Source of the DNA: Chiloscyllium plagiosum
Lineage: Eukaryota
NCBI RefSeq assembly: GCF_004010195.1
Contig: NC_057718.1
Span: 79,726,514-79,790,513, forward strand
Length of the DNA stretch: 64,000 nucleotides
Direction of reading: 5' to 3'
This document shows positions 24,931 to 38,639 of the stretch, one piece after another (position 1 is the first letter of the stretch; every line of letters starts with the position of its first letter). The translations under genes were made by a program, and so were the position numbers. The notes below the pieces were generated by a model. The model saw only the letters and a program-made list of their open reading frames with translations. It ran no database searches and had not been told where the DNA came from.

Positions 24931-25879
24931 CAGTCCTCAGATGAGTCAATGGAGATAGCCTTTAATCAGACATTCCCGGTAGAGTAGGTCAAGGGCAGCC
25001 TCTGGTACAAGACCAGGAGCTTTGATACAGTCAGTTAGCCAGATTCAGATTGCTCTCCATGAATGTGGTGAGGAACCAAATGTTTAGCAGCAACACCACT
25101 GTCCCCACACCTCCACTAGCCCATCACTCCACCTCCGCCCATCTTGACTTTCCACGTTCTATCGTGGCTGTTTTCCTCCAGAAATTAGAAAGAGACAGGT
25201 ATTGTGGCAGATGAAAGTGGGTGGCACAACCAAGGTTAGTGGTTGAGGGTGGTAACAGGGAGTGAAGGAAGATGTTGCAGGCAACAGTGACAGTGGTAGA
25301 ACATGAGCTTTGGTGGGAGGTGGATAAGGTAACGGAAATTGAGTGAGTGTGAGTGTTGGAGAGAAGATGGTGGCACTTACATTGGTGATGTAGAGAAGGT
25401 TGTGATGCATCCTTCCAGGTTGTTGAGACTGCACTTGACCTAGATGGGGCAGGTTGGCATAGTCTGATGTCATGGCTTCCTCTACTGGTCCTGGGGGGAA
25501 TAGATGTCCTGACATTGCACCACCTCATCTAGCAGAAGCATCAGCACCCTCTCTGCCAAGCGGAGTGTCAAATTTCCAGTGCCTGAACCAGATGTCAGGA
25601 ATTATGCAGTGCAGATCTAGACTGGTAGCACTTGTCTGGGTGCACAACAACATTTTAAAGATTCCACTGGTGCTATGGATGCTAGTTAATTCCAGTTTTT
25701 CCCAATCATGGTGAGTTGTTCTGGGAGTGGCACATGGTAAGATGAGGTTAGATCGGATGTGAGGCATGGGCAAAGTAGCTAATTAGCGAGGTGGGCATGG
25801 TAAAATATGGTGAGAAATCTCACACGGTGAGAAACTTTCCAAAAAGCTTGACAAAACTCACACTTAGCCAATGAAAGAT

Positions 25880-26540
25880 AAGAGTCAGCCACTTAAGCCA
25901 GACATAATTAATAGCTACATGGACAGCCTTATGTACAAATGTGGGTTAACTAATGAGAACAATCATGGATTTGTTAAGGGAAAATCATACCTAAATAACT
26001 TGCTGGAGCTTTTCTGAAGAGATAACAGTGAAGTTTGATGACGATAATCCTGCCAAAGTGTTGTACATTAACTTCCAAAAGGCACTTCATATAGTACCAC
26101 ACAGCAAACCAGAGCAAATCTACAGCTTATGGATAAAAAGGGAAAAATAACAACATGGATACAAAATTGGATTAGTGATAGAAAACAGGGCAACAGATAA
26201 TGGATATTTTTCAGGTTGGAGAAAGGTTTGTGCTAGTGTTAACCACGGATCAGTTTTGGGATCCTTGCATTTCCTAACATATATTAATAATCTAGACCTT
26301 AGTGTACAGAGAACAATTCCCAATGTTTCAGAAGATACCAAACTTGGAAATGGTCTAAACTGTGTGGAGGGAGTTATAGAACTTCAAAAGACAAGTTGGT
26401 GGAGTGGGAGTTAGGTGGCAGATGAAATTCTTGTGGACAAGTGTGAAGTATTACACTTTGGTTGGAAGAGCTTACAGAATCTGCACAAAATACAGGGCAC
26501 TACTCTAAAAGGTGTACGGAGCAGACAGACCTAGGTTTCT
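25880..26540 (+). mobile_element. Old CR1-type LINE RT fragment
   Basis: HGFVKGKSYLNNLLE and NFQKA motifs; ORF 26175-26414 (GSVLGSLHFLTYINNL..EDTKLG). Confidence 0.8.
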
Positions 26541-27732
26541 TAAACAGTACCTGCCAAACCCACTGTCTGTATTTCCTATAGGAACAATGTCCTATGTAAC
26601 ATCATTTTGATTTAGAAATAATCATTCACCATCACTGAGTCAAATTCTTCGATTCACTCTTTTTCACCACTGTGCATGCACCTATACCTCATTAACGGTA
26701 GCTGAAGAAGAGGGTCACCACCACCTTCCTCATGGCAATTACAGCTCCACGATAAATATTGGCATAGCCAGCAACACGCACATTCTTTGAATTAATAAAC
26801 TAAAAAGAAATTGAAATGCAAAGGAGCTGACATCTGTTTCAAATTTGAGTCCTAGAATCTTTATCTGCCTTTACTAATGCAGTGTGTGGTGTACTTCCCA
26901 CAAGTGATGAGTGTATATACCATACCCACTATATTTGATAATTAATTGTTCTCAAAAGGAATTGCATTTACTTTTTACAATTCCATCAAAATAAAGAAAG
27001 GCAATGGTTTCATAGATTCTATAATTTTCAACATATACTTGTGATTGGTAAGTATTACCCTGCCTGAATAAAATTGTCTTTATATTTGAGAAAGCATGTA
27101 GCTTTACAGAAACAATCAACTTTGTTAGTAAGGGCATAATTTTGATTTCATGGGCTAAATGCAGCTTTAGTAAGTCCACTGTGATTGGATAAAGGACCTT
27201 TAAATGTTAATTATTACTGCGAAGATACTGCATTTATTTTGCTTGGCAAAACTCAGCTAAAACCTGCTTAAGCAAGCATAAATGAAAATCTATTTTGTAA
27301 CAAGAAAGCAAATCAAATTGTCCTGCTAACTGTTCTCCAGTGCACAGAAAGACAACTATTGAAGTCAGGTCGTGATTGTGTAATTAGATCGAGGGGACTA
27401 CTTCATAGGATCATTAAGATTTATTTCCCTATTGGAAATTGGTTGCAACTATTTTGGGAGAAAATTATCCTCTTGGAATAGCTGAAAACTGAACACATTT
27501 CTCCAGATCTGTTCTCTGCCAAACAGTGGAGCCTGGGGATAAAGCATACCTCAGCTGTCATGCATGTATTCAAAGATTTTCTGATTTAAAGTGAATACTT
27601 TTCATGGTATTTAATTTATCTTTGCTATATAAGCCCAGTAATTAATCCTTCATTAACAGAAGGCATTTAAAGTATACCAGCTTCCTTGACGTTTATTAAT
27701 TTTCCATTAAATGTGCCTTCAGCTGAGTGTAG

Positions 27733-27737
<5 letters not shown>

Positions 27738-27765
<28 letters not shown>
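27738..27765. repeat. (TA)n microsatellite
   Basis: About 14 TA units. Confidence 0.95.
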
Positions 27766-27773
<8 letters not shown>

Positions 27774-29215
27774 CATTAATCATCTGTGGAAATTGAAACT
27801 CATGTTGACATTATACAATTTACTCTCCATTTTAATTTCTGCTTTTCAACTTAATGCTGCATACAATGATTTTGAGAAAGATCTGCTGCTGATTTAGATC
27901 AATACCAATACTTTTAAGTTGTACCGACAAGTGAACATCTTATTGCAAACACAAAATTTGACATTGTAAAGGAAAAAAAAAACAATCTCACAACACTAAA
28001 CAGACTCCATTGATGTATTTCTCTCAAATGCAATGCTAGGCATACAGTAACCTATTCATATCTGATAGAAAGAGAGAACAAAAACTTTGGATACACATAG
28101 CAGCTCAATCAATATCAGTGGAAAAACTGTGGACTCTTGACATTTCAGGTGCATGCCCTTCTTCCAAATTGAGAACTAATAAATTTGTATATTTGCTGAC
28201 TTGGAGTTCTATAGTGTGAATGTATTGGGAGCTCATGGGATGCAATGGTACTATCCATAATTTTTGAGCCAAGAGGGCTGGGTTCAAGTCCTACCTGCTC
28301 CAGAGTCATGTAATAACAACACTGCATAGGTCGATGTAGAAAATATCCAGAGTTGCAGTAGAGTGGGCTTTTGTGGTGCAATGTTAATGTCCCTAACTCT
28401 GAGACAGGCAGTCCAGGTTAAAGTCTCACCTGGCCCAGCGAGATATAATAAAGTTTCTGAACAGGTTGATTAAAAATAAAATCCAGAGTTGATGCAGAGA
28501 AGATCTTTCCACTTGTGGGAAGTGAAAAGGTAAGGGGCACAAATAAAAGATAGGCACTAATAAAGTAAGCAAAAAATTTATGAGGAGCATTTTTGCTCAG
28601 AATTTTAAGATTATGGAATGGATCACCATTAGGAGCAGTTAAAGTGATTATTACAAATACATTTAGTCCAGTATGTGAGGGTAAAAGGAATAAAAGGATT
28701 ATGCTTATAAAATGTGTACCATCTACATATGTTTATAGAATGTGTAACAACTTGCCAAGCCTCTTGTGACAACACCTTCCAAATCTGTGGCCTCTCCCAC
28801 GAGAAGGACAAGGGCAGCTATTGCAATTGGAGCATTACCACTTACAAGTTCCCCTTCAAACTGCACACCAACCTGATTTGGAACTATATTGCCAATCCTT
28901 CACCATTATTGGGTCAAAAATCTTACAACTGCCTTTCTATCAGTACTGTGGGTATACCTTCACCTCAAGGACTGTAGCAGCTCAAGAAGGTGGCTCTCCA
29001 ACACTTTCTCATAGACTTACTATAGATGGGTAAAAAATACTGGCCTTTTCAGCAATTATCACATCCCATCAACTAATTTAAAAATATTCAACTGACCATT
29101 TTCAAGCCATTTCTGCAGCATTTCTGCCAATCTCCCATTGAGGTATGGAGGGTGACAAGCAGTAGGCCTGCAGAATTTTGACACACAGAATTTTACAAGA
29201 GCCATGAACTGCTAT

Positions 29216-30515
29216 TGTTATGGAAGTTTATTACATATTATAATGGCAATTTGGATTATTAAGTAGAATTAAATGACTTTTTGTTTTCAGTGTTGTAAAG
29301 ATCTGATCTGCTTTTCAAGAAAGGGTCAGAAGGTATTTTCGGGCAATGAGATAAGTACAAACTTCTGAAGAAATCACATGAAGGAAGGTAAAGGATTAGA
29401 TAAGGGTATGATAATTACTGGACTTTTTATTAAGTAGAACTTTAACGACACACAGCGACACATAACCAAGAGCAACAAAGAGGTTGAGTTCAGAAGAAAA
29501 TATCCATATGAGCAGAAGCACAGTTTAGTTTATGGAAGTCCTCAGGCTATCAGAGCTGGAAAGAAGTCTTAAAAACTGTTTTAGCAGCCTCAAAGTAGGT
29601 AAAGTCAGAGAAAGTCATTGAGTTAACCTGTTGATGTGTCTTCAGGAGAGAAAAAGAAAATTGTATTTGATGAATGTATGGGATTTTACTGAAACGAAAC
29701 ACTTGTAATCTTATTAGTTTAGTAAGAATTTTATTCTGGACTCCCTGCGAGAGGAAAGATGCTGTGAAACCTGATAGGGTACAGAAATGATTTTCAAGGA
29801 TGTTGCCAGAGTTAGAGGGTTTGAGTTTTAGGGACAGGCTGAATAGACTAGGGCATGGAAGGCTGAGGGGTAACATTATAGAGGTTTATAAAATCATGAG
29901 GGGCATTGATGGAGTGAATAGACAGGGGCAGGGTAACCCAAAACTAGAGGGCATAGGTTTGGGTGAGATGGGAAAGATTCAAAAAGGACCGAAGGGACAA
30001 CATTCTCATTCAGAGGGTGGTATGTATATGGATTGAGCTGCCAAAGGAGGTGCTGGAGGCCGGTACAATTGAAACATTTAAAAGACACCTGGATGGATAT
30101 ATGAAAAGGAAGGGTTTAGAGGGATAAGGGCCAAATGCTAGAAAATGGAACTAGATTAATTTAGGATATCTAGTCAGCATGGGTGAGTTGGATTGAGGGT
30201 TCTGTTTCCATTGTGTACATCTCTACAATTCTATGACTCTATGTGAATAGTGATACTTTACTGGACTTGACTGTCTGTAGATAATATTACTTTGCTGTTT
30301 ATATAAAATATTTCCAAATTATCTTATATATATCTTTTTGTTTTGCATTCTGTTTGTGCAATAAACTTACATTCTTGCATAAAAGTAAACTGACAATCTC
30401 AAGTGAATATGTTCAGTGACATGTTAGCTAAATTGTAAAAAGGAACTTATGGTCTATCAACTCAGGTTTCTGAAATCTAACTTGCTAGGTATTATCATCA
30501 GTTGAGGTCATAGCA
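29216..30515 (+). mobile_element. Candidate solo LTR interrupted by a CR1 fragment
   Basis: Starts TGTTATG (29216) and ends CATAGCA (30515). Flanks ctat/ctgt may be a 4-bp TSD with one mismatch; AATAAA at ~30360. Structural inference only. Confidence 0.4.
29725..30242 (+). mobile_element. CR1-type LINE 3' fragment
   Basis: MLPELEGLSFRDRLNRLG..RLRGNIIEVYKIMRG; tail ctatgactctat. Confidence 0.9.
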
Positions 30516-31853
30516 CTGTCACTATGACCACCATTTGGTAGTACATCAAACAGAAAGAGAAGTTCTCTAAGATTATAGAGAGAAGCTGGACATTTTAATT
30601 AAGTGGTGCCTCTCATAACTGCATGATATCCTAAAGCGCATTTTGAAGTAGAGTCACACTGTGATATAAGAAACACAGCAACTAATTTGCCCAGAACAAT
30701 ATCCCACAAACATCAATGAATAAATGATCTGATCATTTGTTTCTGTAATGCTAATTGAGAGATAGTGATTGGTCAGCATGTACTCTTTGAATAATGCCAC
30801 AAAATCTTTTCTGTATCTAAAATGATGGAACGAGAAATCTATTTACCGAGAATGAACACATTCTACTTTACAAAAGGTTTATGCTACTCCATTTCTATAC
30901 GGGATATACTTTGAATAATTTCCTATTTTTAAACAGCCAATAAGACATGCAAACAAAGTACAAAACTGGCATGCAATGTACTCACCATTGATGATTAGCT
31001 ATATTCAAGAAAGGATTCAAGGGAAATAACAAAAAAGAAAAACACAGGTCACGTTTAAACCTTGTATTTTCTTTTAGGTTGGCAGCAATTAAGGATCCTG
31101 TTCAAACAGGAGAGAAATAGTCACAGATAAAAACTTTGCTGCAAAGTGTAATTAATATCAGATGGTATGGTTGTGCAGTTAGCTGGAGCAGAAATTCAAT
31201 GTTACCGAAATGCCATGGTACAATCGGACATGTCATCCATTGTAGTGAAACAGAAGAAATTGAGACAAAATGGAAAATCTTAACTCGCAAGATTGGGTGG
31301 ACTGATATCCCATTAATAGGTAAAGTAATTGATTATTGAATTGCAATGAAAATTAGCTTTTTTAGAGAATTAGAATCTGAGGGATTTTGCAGTACAGAAA
31401 AGAGGTCATTCAGCCCATCATGTCCACGCTGGCCATCAAACATCCATTTATTATAATTCCATTTTTTTAGCACGCGGCATCACCTTGTATATTATGGCAT
31501 TTCAAGTATTCACTAAATAGTTCTTAACTGTCTTGAGGATTCCCACCTCTTTCACCCTTTTAGGCAGAGAGTTCCAGATAACCACAACCACCTAGGTGAT
31601 CGTTTTTTCCTCAAAATTCCTCTAAACATCTCGCTCCTTACATTAAGACCATGCCCTTAGTTATTGACTCCTCTAATAAAGGGAAAAGTTTCTTGCTATT
31701 GTATGCTGTCTATGAACCTCAGAACTTTGTATGCCTCAATCACATACCCTCTCAACCTTCTCCGCTCTGAGGAAAAGAACTTAAGCCTATCTTGTCTCGC
31801 TTCATAGTTGAATCACTCAAGCCCAGGCATCATCCTGGTGAATCTCTTTTGCA

Positions 31854-31949
31854 GAGTAGATAAAGTGTAGCACTGGAAAAAGCACAGCAGGTCAGGCAGC
31901 ATTTGAGGAGCAGGAGAGTCAACGTATCGGACAGGACCCTTCATCACGA
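31854..31949 (-). mobile_element. Tail-less PLE terminal repeat inserted in CR1
   Basis: Homologous to 5631-5722; decayed core gtgatgaagggtcctgtccgatacgttg. Flanks ctcttttgca (31844-31853) and ctcttctgca (31950-31959). Confidence 0.75.
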
Positions 31950-32304
31950 CTCTTCTGCACCCTCTCTAGTGCAGTCATATCTTCCTACAGACCAGAACTA
32001 CACACGATATTGCAGCTGTGACCTAATTAATGTTGTATATAGCTCTGTCATAACTTTCCTGGCCTTGTATTGAATGCCTTGACAAATAAAGGCAAGTTTT
32101 CCATATGCCTTCTTCAGTACCTTATCTAGCTATGCTGCTGCCTTCAAACCTTCAAGGACATGCATACCAAGATTCCTCTGATCCTTTGTACTTCCTAGGA
32201 TTCTATCATTTACAATGTATTTCCTTGGCTTGGTAGTCCTTCCAAATTGCATTACATTTTTCAGTTTACAATTTACATTAAATTCCATTTGCCATTATTC
32301 AAAA

Positions 32305-33256
32305 GATACGATAGTGAAGAAGGCATTTGGCATGCTTTCCTTTATTGGTCAAAGCACTGCGGAAAGAAGTTGGGAATCATGTTGCGCCTGTGCAGGACAT
32401 TGGTTAGGCCACTTTTGGAATATTGTGTGCAATTCTGAATCTCCCTCCTATTGGAAGGATGTTGTGAAACCTGAAAGGGTTCAGAAAAAAAGTTACAAGG
32501 ATATTGCCGGGGTTAGAGGATTTGGGCTATAGGGAGAGGTTGAATAGGCTGGGGCTGTTTTCCCTGGAGTGTCGGAGGCTGAGGGGTGACTTTATAGAGG
32601 TTTATAAAATCATGAGGGGCATGGATTGGATAAATAGAAATGGTCTTTTCCCTGGGATGGAGGAGTCCAGAACTAGAAGGCATAGGTTTAAGGTGAGAGG
32701 AAAAAGATTTCCAAGGGATCTAAGTTGCAACTTTTTCAAGCAGGGAGTGGTGCATGTGTGGAATGAGCTGTCAGAGGAAGTGGTGGAGGCTGGTACAATT
32801 GTAACATTTAAAACGCATCTGGATGAGTATATGAATAGAAAAGGTTTGGAGGGATATGGGCCAAGTTCTGGCAAATGATTAGATTACTTACAGTGTGGAA
32901 CCAGGCCCTTCGGCCCAACACCAACCCGCCACCCATTCCCCTACATTTACCCCTTAACCTAACAATACGGGCAATTTAGCATGGCCAATTCACCTAGCCT
33001 GCACATTTTTGGACTGTGGGAGGAAACCGGAGCACCTCGAGGAAACCCACGCAGACACAGGGAGAATGTGCAAACTCCACACAGTCAGTCACCTGAGGCA
33101 GGAATTGAACCCGGGTCTCTGGCACTGTGAGGCAGTATTACTAACCACTGTGCCGCCCACCTAGATTAAATGGGACTAGATTAATTTCAGATGTCTGGTT
33201 GGCATGGATGAGTTGGACCGAAGGGTCTGTTTCTATGTTGTACATCTCTGTGACTT
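32305..33256 (+). mobile_element. CR1-type LINE 3' fragment nested in antisense CR1; its 3' UTR is split by a SINE
   Basis: ORF 32504-32878 is the ORF2 C-terminus. ggcaaat (32870-32876) resumes as aaatgggactaga at ~33168. Confidence 0.9.
32877..33158 (-). mobile_element. HE1/V-SINE-type SINE
   Basis: tRNA-like A/B boxes at 33105-33155, central domain and (TAATC)n tail; close to 62077-62396. Confidence 0.92.
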
Positions 33257-34230
33257 TACAACCACGACTCTATGATCTGTTTGTCTATATTGCCTTGTAG
33301 TTTAAGGCTTTCCTCTTTGTTATCTATCATACCACTAATTTTCATGTATAATCTGCAAATTACTGCAATAATCTGCATATTACTGTTTATACCTCCTGCA
33401 TTTATTTCTAGATTATTAATGTACACTACAAATGGTACAGGACCCAGAACTGAACCCCTGGGGTATGCCACTTCCAGTCACAAAAACACCTTTCGCACAA
33501 AAACTCTCTGCTTCTTGCCACTAAGCCAAATTTTGGATCACATTTGCCAAATTGCTCTACATCTTATTCGGTCTTAGCTTCTTAATCAGTATGTCATGTG
33601 ACATCTCGTCAAAAGCCTTAGTGAAGTCCACGTAGACAACATTAACAGCATTATCGTCATCTATACTCCAAGTCGCCTCCTCGAAAAATTCAATCAAATT
33701 TGTTAGACATGATCTCTTCCTTACAATGTCATGCTGAGTGCCCTTGAATCATCCTTGCCTCTCCAAGTGGAAATTAATTCTGTCACTCAGAATTTTTCTC
33801 AATAGTTTCCTTATCACTGATTTTAAACTGAGTGGCCTGTAGTTTCCTAATTTATCCTTACCACCTTTCTTGAATAATGGTACCACATTAGCTGTCGTCC
33901 AGACGTTTGGCACCCCTCCTGGGGCCAGAGAGAATTTGAATTAATGTCAGAACCCTCTGCAATCCCACAGCAGCCTTAGATACAACTTAACTGGGCCTGA
34001 GATTTCTCTACTTTCAAGCTTACTAAAATTGCGAATGCCTCCTCTCTCTCAATGATAATTCATTGGAATATGTCACAGTCTTCCTCCCTGAACTCTATCT
34101 ATAACGTCCATCTCTACAGTGAATGGAGACGTAACATACTCATTTAAAACCTCAGCCATGTCTTCCACCGCTACAACAGATTGCCACTTTAGCCCCAAAT
34201 CAGATTTTCTTTGCCCTTGCTTCCAATATA

Positions 34231-34404
34231 CAGAGGAACCTTGATTATCCAAAGGTCGTGGGCAGCGAATATTTCGTTCGGTTAATCAAATTCCAGATAG
34301 TTGAATGCTGGATAACGTAGTTTAGCCAGGCATCAGGATCTTGTGATCTTGCCGGATAATCTGATATTTGGATAATAGAATGCCAGATAATTGAGGTTCC
34401 TCTG
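34231..34404. mobile_element. 174-bp Tc1/mariner-pogo (Tigger-like) MITE
   Basis: TIRs cagaggaaccttgattatc and gataattgaggttcctctg match at 17/19; TA on both sides; internal ggataa repeats. Confidence 0.88.
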
Positions 34405-34989
34405 TATTTACAAAATGCTTTATGTTTTCCTTAATGTTTTCTGACAGTGTTGTTCCATGTTCCCTCTTTGCTCTAATTTTGTTTTTCAGCAACTCTTCAT
34501 ATCTAAGTTTTATGGAAGTATGTTTGTATTTCTGCAAGAAACCTGTTCACTGTAGTTGTGACTTTAATTTGTTCAGAAGGACAGGTACTTATGAAAGCAA
34601 TTAATGTCCTACTGAGACAATAATTACATTTTAAACATTGAATTTCACTGACCTTTAAATTTAACTTCTGTAGCATGGGCTTCACAGACCCGTGAATGAC
34701 ACTGGTGAAGTGGGGCAGGTATTGAGCTACATTGCATTTGGCCAGTTAAATTTGCGATTGCCCTATCTAATTTAAAATTCAACTATGCAACTGGTGTCTC
34801 AATTCCTTCTGGCAAATGTTTGGTGGACATTCTTATGTTGAAATAGTTTCATCAAAACTGTGGAACAATTTAACTGAGAAGATCAGGATGGCGGTGTGCA
34901 ATAGAGGATTTTTTAGAGAATAGTGGAGGTGGAAATGAACTATCATTGCATGGCAGCATCACTCTGTGATCTCCATTTGCAGAGGGAAG

Positions 34990-35720
34990 AAGATGCATAA
35001 CATAGAATGGAGAACTTAGAGAAAGAGGTACTGAGTAGAGAACTTCTGTACAGTCACCCGTTAGACATGTGGTCATATGTTCCAGTGCCTGTAAAGGTCA
35101 CTATTGCCCTCAATTTCTTTGTCCTTGGTCTTTCCAGTTATCACTGGCATGTTTCCAGCATTCATGTTATAGATTAATATTCAGATGACTAAAGGTTGAT
35201 GGGATTTTTTTTGTCAAGGTGTCCACTTCTGTGAAATTTCTCTCTCAATGACAATTATCAGGCAATTGGTTTATCACTCTGGCTTACTTTCTAAAGCTGG
35301 AGTGTGTAACTGAATACCCATATATAACACTGGCATCATCGTTTGTACAAGAGGTTTCCATCAATCGTAAGGAGTTTTGCTCCATCAATTCACAGCTGAT
35401 ATAAGGAGTTTCATGTCAGTGCGTGCCAGATTCCCTGGCAACTGTAAAGATGCCATTGTCTGACTGTCCTGAGCAGAAGAGCTATTTAAATGCTAGTTCA
35501 TTAGAAATAAAGAGTCGCTTCTTCACATGAAACTCATTACTTATGTAAGAATCCCCAACACTGAGGCTCAAGAACACTAAAGGGAAGGCACATGACCACC
35601 AGCTGTATCATTGAACAAGAGTCAGGTTGAGGAAAACTTTCGAGGCATGCTTCAGTACTTTCCAGCAAGAGTAATGAGAATCATGGTGATAGACAATGGC
35701 CTAGACAGTGGAATGTACAA
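34990..35720 (+). mobile_element. PIF/Harbinger transposase relic
   Basis: Fragmented translations VPVPVKVTIALNFFVLG (35079-35129), INRKEFCSINSQL (35360-35398), FMSVRARFPGNCKDAIV (35410-35460) and LQYFPARV (~35650) follow the order of Harbinger motifs NRKG.HS.N.Q, A..PGS.HD and LQY.P. Confidence 0.75.
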
Positions 35721-37089
35721 TGTTGCTCAGCATTGAGGAATAGACGTAATGCTGACAAAGGTGCTTGTCTGATAACAACTTTGAAAAGCAGGAAGCTTGT
35801 GGGTAAAATGAACCCATGACCAAGCAGGCCTGCTCTGTTCATTGCTCCCAGAATGTCACATTTGCTCTCCTATATTCCCTATAAGATTAATTTAATTATA
35901 GTAGTTAACAAAGATACATTAGAATACCCAATCAACCTTCAAAACAAGCTCACAACATGAGCATCAATCCCAATCTTTGTATAAAGCTGTTCTTCAATCA
36001 CACATCATTGTTGTGGATGGAAGAGAGGTGGTGGAACTACTTTTTCCCTTTTCACTTCACCTCTTGGTTGTCCACAGAAATGTGTGTTTAGAGGGAATTG
36101 TTTTAAAACTTTGAATGTTGTAACATTTAGCAACGTACATGAAACAACCTTTAAGGTAAATTTAAATCAGTAGAAAAGATAATGTTCATTCACACATTTT
36201 CCCAACAGCATAAGCATAATGAAAAACATTCACATGCAGAAACATTATTCTAAACACAAAGGTTGTTTAAGTTGCCAGCAGATATACAAATAAAAGTTAT
36301 ATGTTTAATTGTAGTTCTTAAAGATGCATGTGTTGCTGGGGGGTCTAGATGGTTCTCTCTCAGAGTTTTTTTAGGTAAACAGAAGTTGAGAGCCTCTGAA
36401 CTTTCAGACAAAGTCCTAGCTAAGTTTCTGTCGAGATGAAATCTTTGCAGGTAAAGGTAAATTAGTCCCTTTCTGTCACTGCCTGGATTGACTGGCTGTT
36501 CAATCAGGATTCTATTCTTTTCACTGTAGCAATTGTCTCTCTTGCTCATTTCCACACTGCCTTGATTCTGGTTTGTTCTTAGAATAATAAAGTTAGTTTT
36601 CTGAAGGTAGTTTCAAACATGTGAGTACATTGTCACTGGGGTAATGCACCAAAAATCAAGTTTCACTATTCTTGGAGTCATTTTTTAGACTTTTTAAAGC
36701 GTGCAAAATTTCTCAACTTATCTCACTTTCAGATCAATGTTGAAAGAAAGCATGTGCCAAACTTCTATGTTGAACAAGAATTTTTGTTATTGCAAGCAAT
36801 TAAACAGGACCTCAGCCAGAACAGGAATTAAACAAATGCTATTAGCATTATCAGCATCACAAATAAGTCATCCATCCAACTGAGCTATCCAACCTCCCCC
36901 TAACTGAGGCGCTGACTGCAGAAAATAGACAAAGACATTCGAGGAGTTTCATACCTGATAGTAGTATTTCTTGTTTCTCACTCACTTCATTATCATTAAG
37001 TAAGATTTGTTAAGAAGCATTCAGAATCAAAACTGCACAAGCTTTAAAAACATATGTTTCTTTACTTATTGACAGAGTTCAGCTGATAT

Positions 37090-37770
37090 ATGGGAATGGT
37101 AGCCTTCAGTCCACTTGGTCAACTTGAAACAAGCAGAGTACCTTGAGGGCGAGTGCTTAGGCCTCAGCTATTTATAATTTATTATTAATGACTTAGACAA
37201 TGAGATTGAAAGCAATGCATCCAATTTGGTGCATAGCTTGGCCCAAATATAATGTATGAGGAAGATACAAGAAAGCTACACCACGATGTAGACAGTTTAA
37301 GTGAGGGTGGTAGACAGAGTAGAACATTAATATATGTGAGATTATTTACTTTGATAGTAGGAATAGTAAAGCAAAATCTTTTTTAAAATGGCACTAAACC
37401 TTCGAACATTGGGTGTACTTGCACATGTAACACAGGAAAATAGCACACAGATAGCAATTAGGAAGGCAATGGATTTTCTTTTGCAAGGGGAGTGGAGGGC
37501 TAGAAAAAGGAAGAATTTCACATTTGTCAAGAACCTTTGTGAGACTACACCTGAAAAACTGTCAATCTGGAATATACCAGTTTTGGTTTCCAGACCTAAG
37601 GAAGAAACACTGCACCGGGAGGTGGTACAGTGAGGGTTAGTTCTTGCGTTAAGAAGGTGTACTATGATGTGAATTTGAGTAATTTGAGAGTATAATCTCA
37701 AGGGCAGACACTAAAAACCTGTGTCCCAAGCATTGGAATCTAGAATACGGGGGGCATAGTTTCAGGACCG
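37090..37770 (+). mobile_element. Very old CR1-type LINE RT/3' relic
   Basis: gtgcttaggcctcagctatttataatttattattaatgacttaga = VLRPQLFI..INDL; later tctagaatacgggggcatag resembles the SRTRGH motif. Confidence 0.6.
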
Positions 37771-38639
37771 CAGTTTGTTTATGTTTTCCAATGTATCACC
37801 CAATCAGTGCTGTGCTTCATATATAATATTTCCTGCAAGGTGCACTGTGTAGACCAGGTAGACTGATGTTAGCTCTTCATAGCCCTTCTCACTATTGGCA
37901 CAAACAAATTGACAACATCACAATATCAGTAACTGTTGCTATTCATTCACTACCATGAAAGTGGAATGCATTCCCCTCCCCCTATCATTTATTACAATGA
38001 ACAGAATGACTTTAGCTAAGCATTACTTTATGATTAATACTTTTGCTCTCTTAAATTTTTTCAATTCTAGTATCTATTGTACTATGAACTTTGGCCCTTC
38101 ACTTAAGTTTATCAATAAAAACAGTTTGAATGATCTAATCTGTGTTGGTTCCTCATCTATAATAAGAGAGGAGACAGTAACATGATGGTAATGTCACTGG
38201 GCTCCTGTTCTATAGGACCTGCATAACAGGGGTTCAAATCCCATGACAGTAGCTGGTGGAATTTGTTCAATGAATAAAGTGTGGAATTGAAAATTAGTCA
38301 TTCAAGCCATTTCTTGGTGGTTGGAAAAGTTAATTTGGTTCACAAATTTCTTTTAAGGAAGGAAACCTGCTGCATGTATTTAGTTTGCTCTATACATGAT
38401 TCCAGACAGACAGTAATGTGGTTGGCTCAAGTTTCTTCTGAAATGATCCAGCAAGACGTTCAGGTCAAAGAGCAACTAGTGATGGGCAACAAATTCTAGC
38501 CTTGCCAGCAACGTGCACTCATGAAAGATTAAATTTGTTTTTACCTAAAGATTAAATTAAAACAATCTTCCTCCATTCCAATATCCATCAGAGATCTCTT
38601 TGCATCTCTGATGATAGCCTCTTCCATGTTTCCAATATT

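Larger units (their letters stand above)
31368..34470 (-). mobile_element. Long, older CR1-type LINE carrying nested insertions
   Basis: 3' tail at ~31370. ORF2 homology is collinear across 31370-32300 and 33257-34230 (YPRGSVLGPVPFVVYINNL; YVDFTKAFD at ~33607-33634) and resumes after the MITE at 34405. Confidence 0.85.

Noticed and set aside
24330..25850. More GC-rich stretch with several 80-134-aa ORFs, possibly a Harbinger accessory-gene relic or an exon
   Set aside because: No motif I could identify confidently; overlapping ORFs on both strands are uninformative. Needs a database search.
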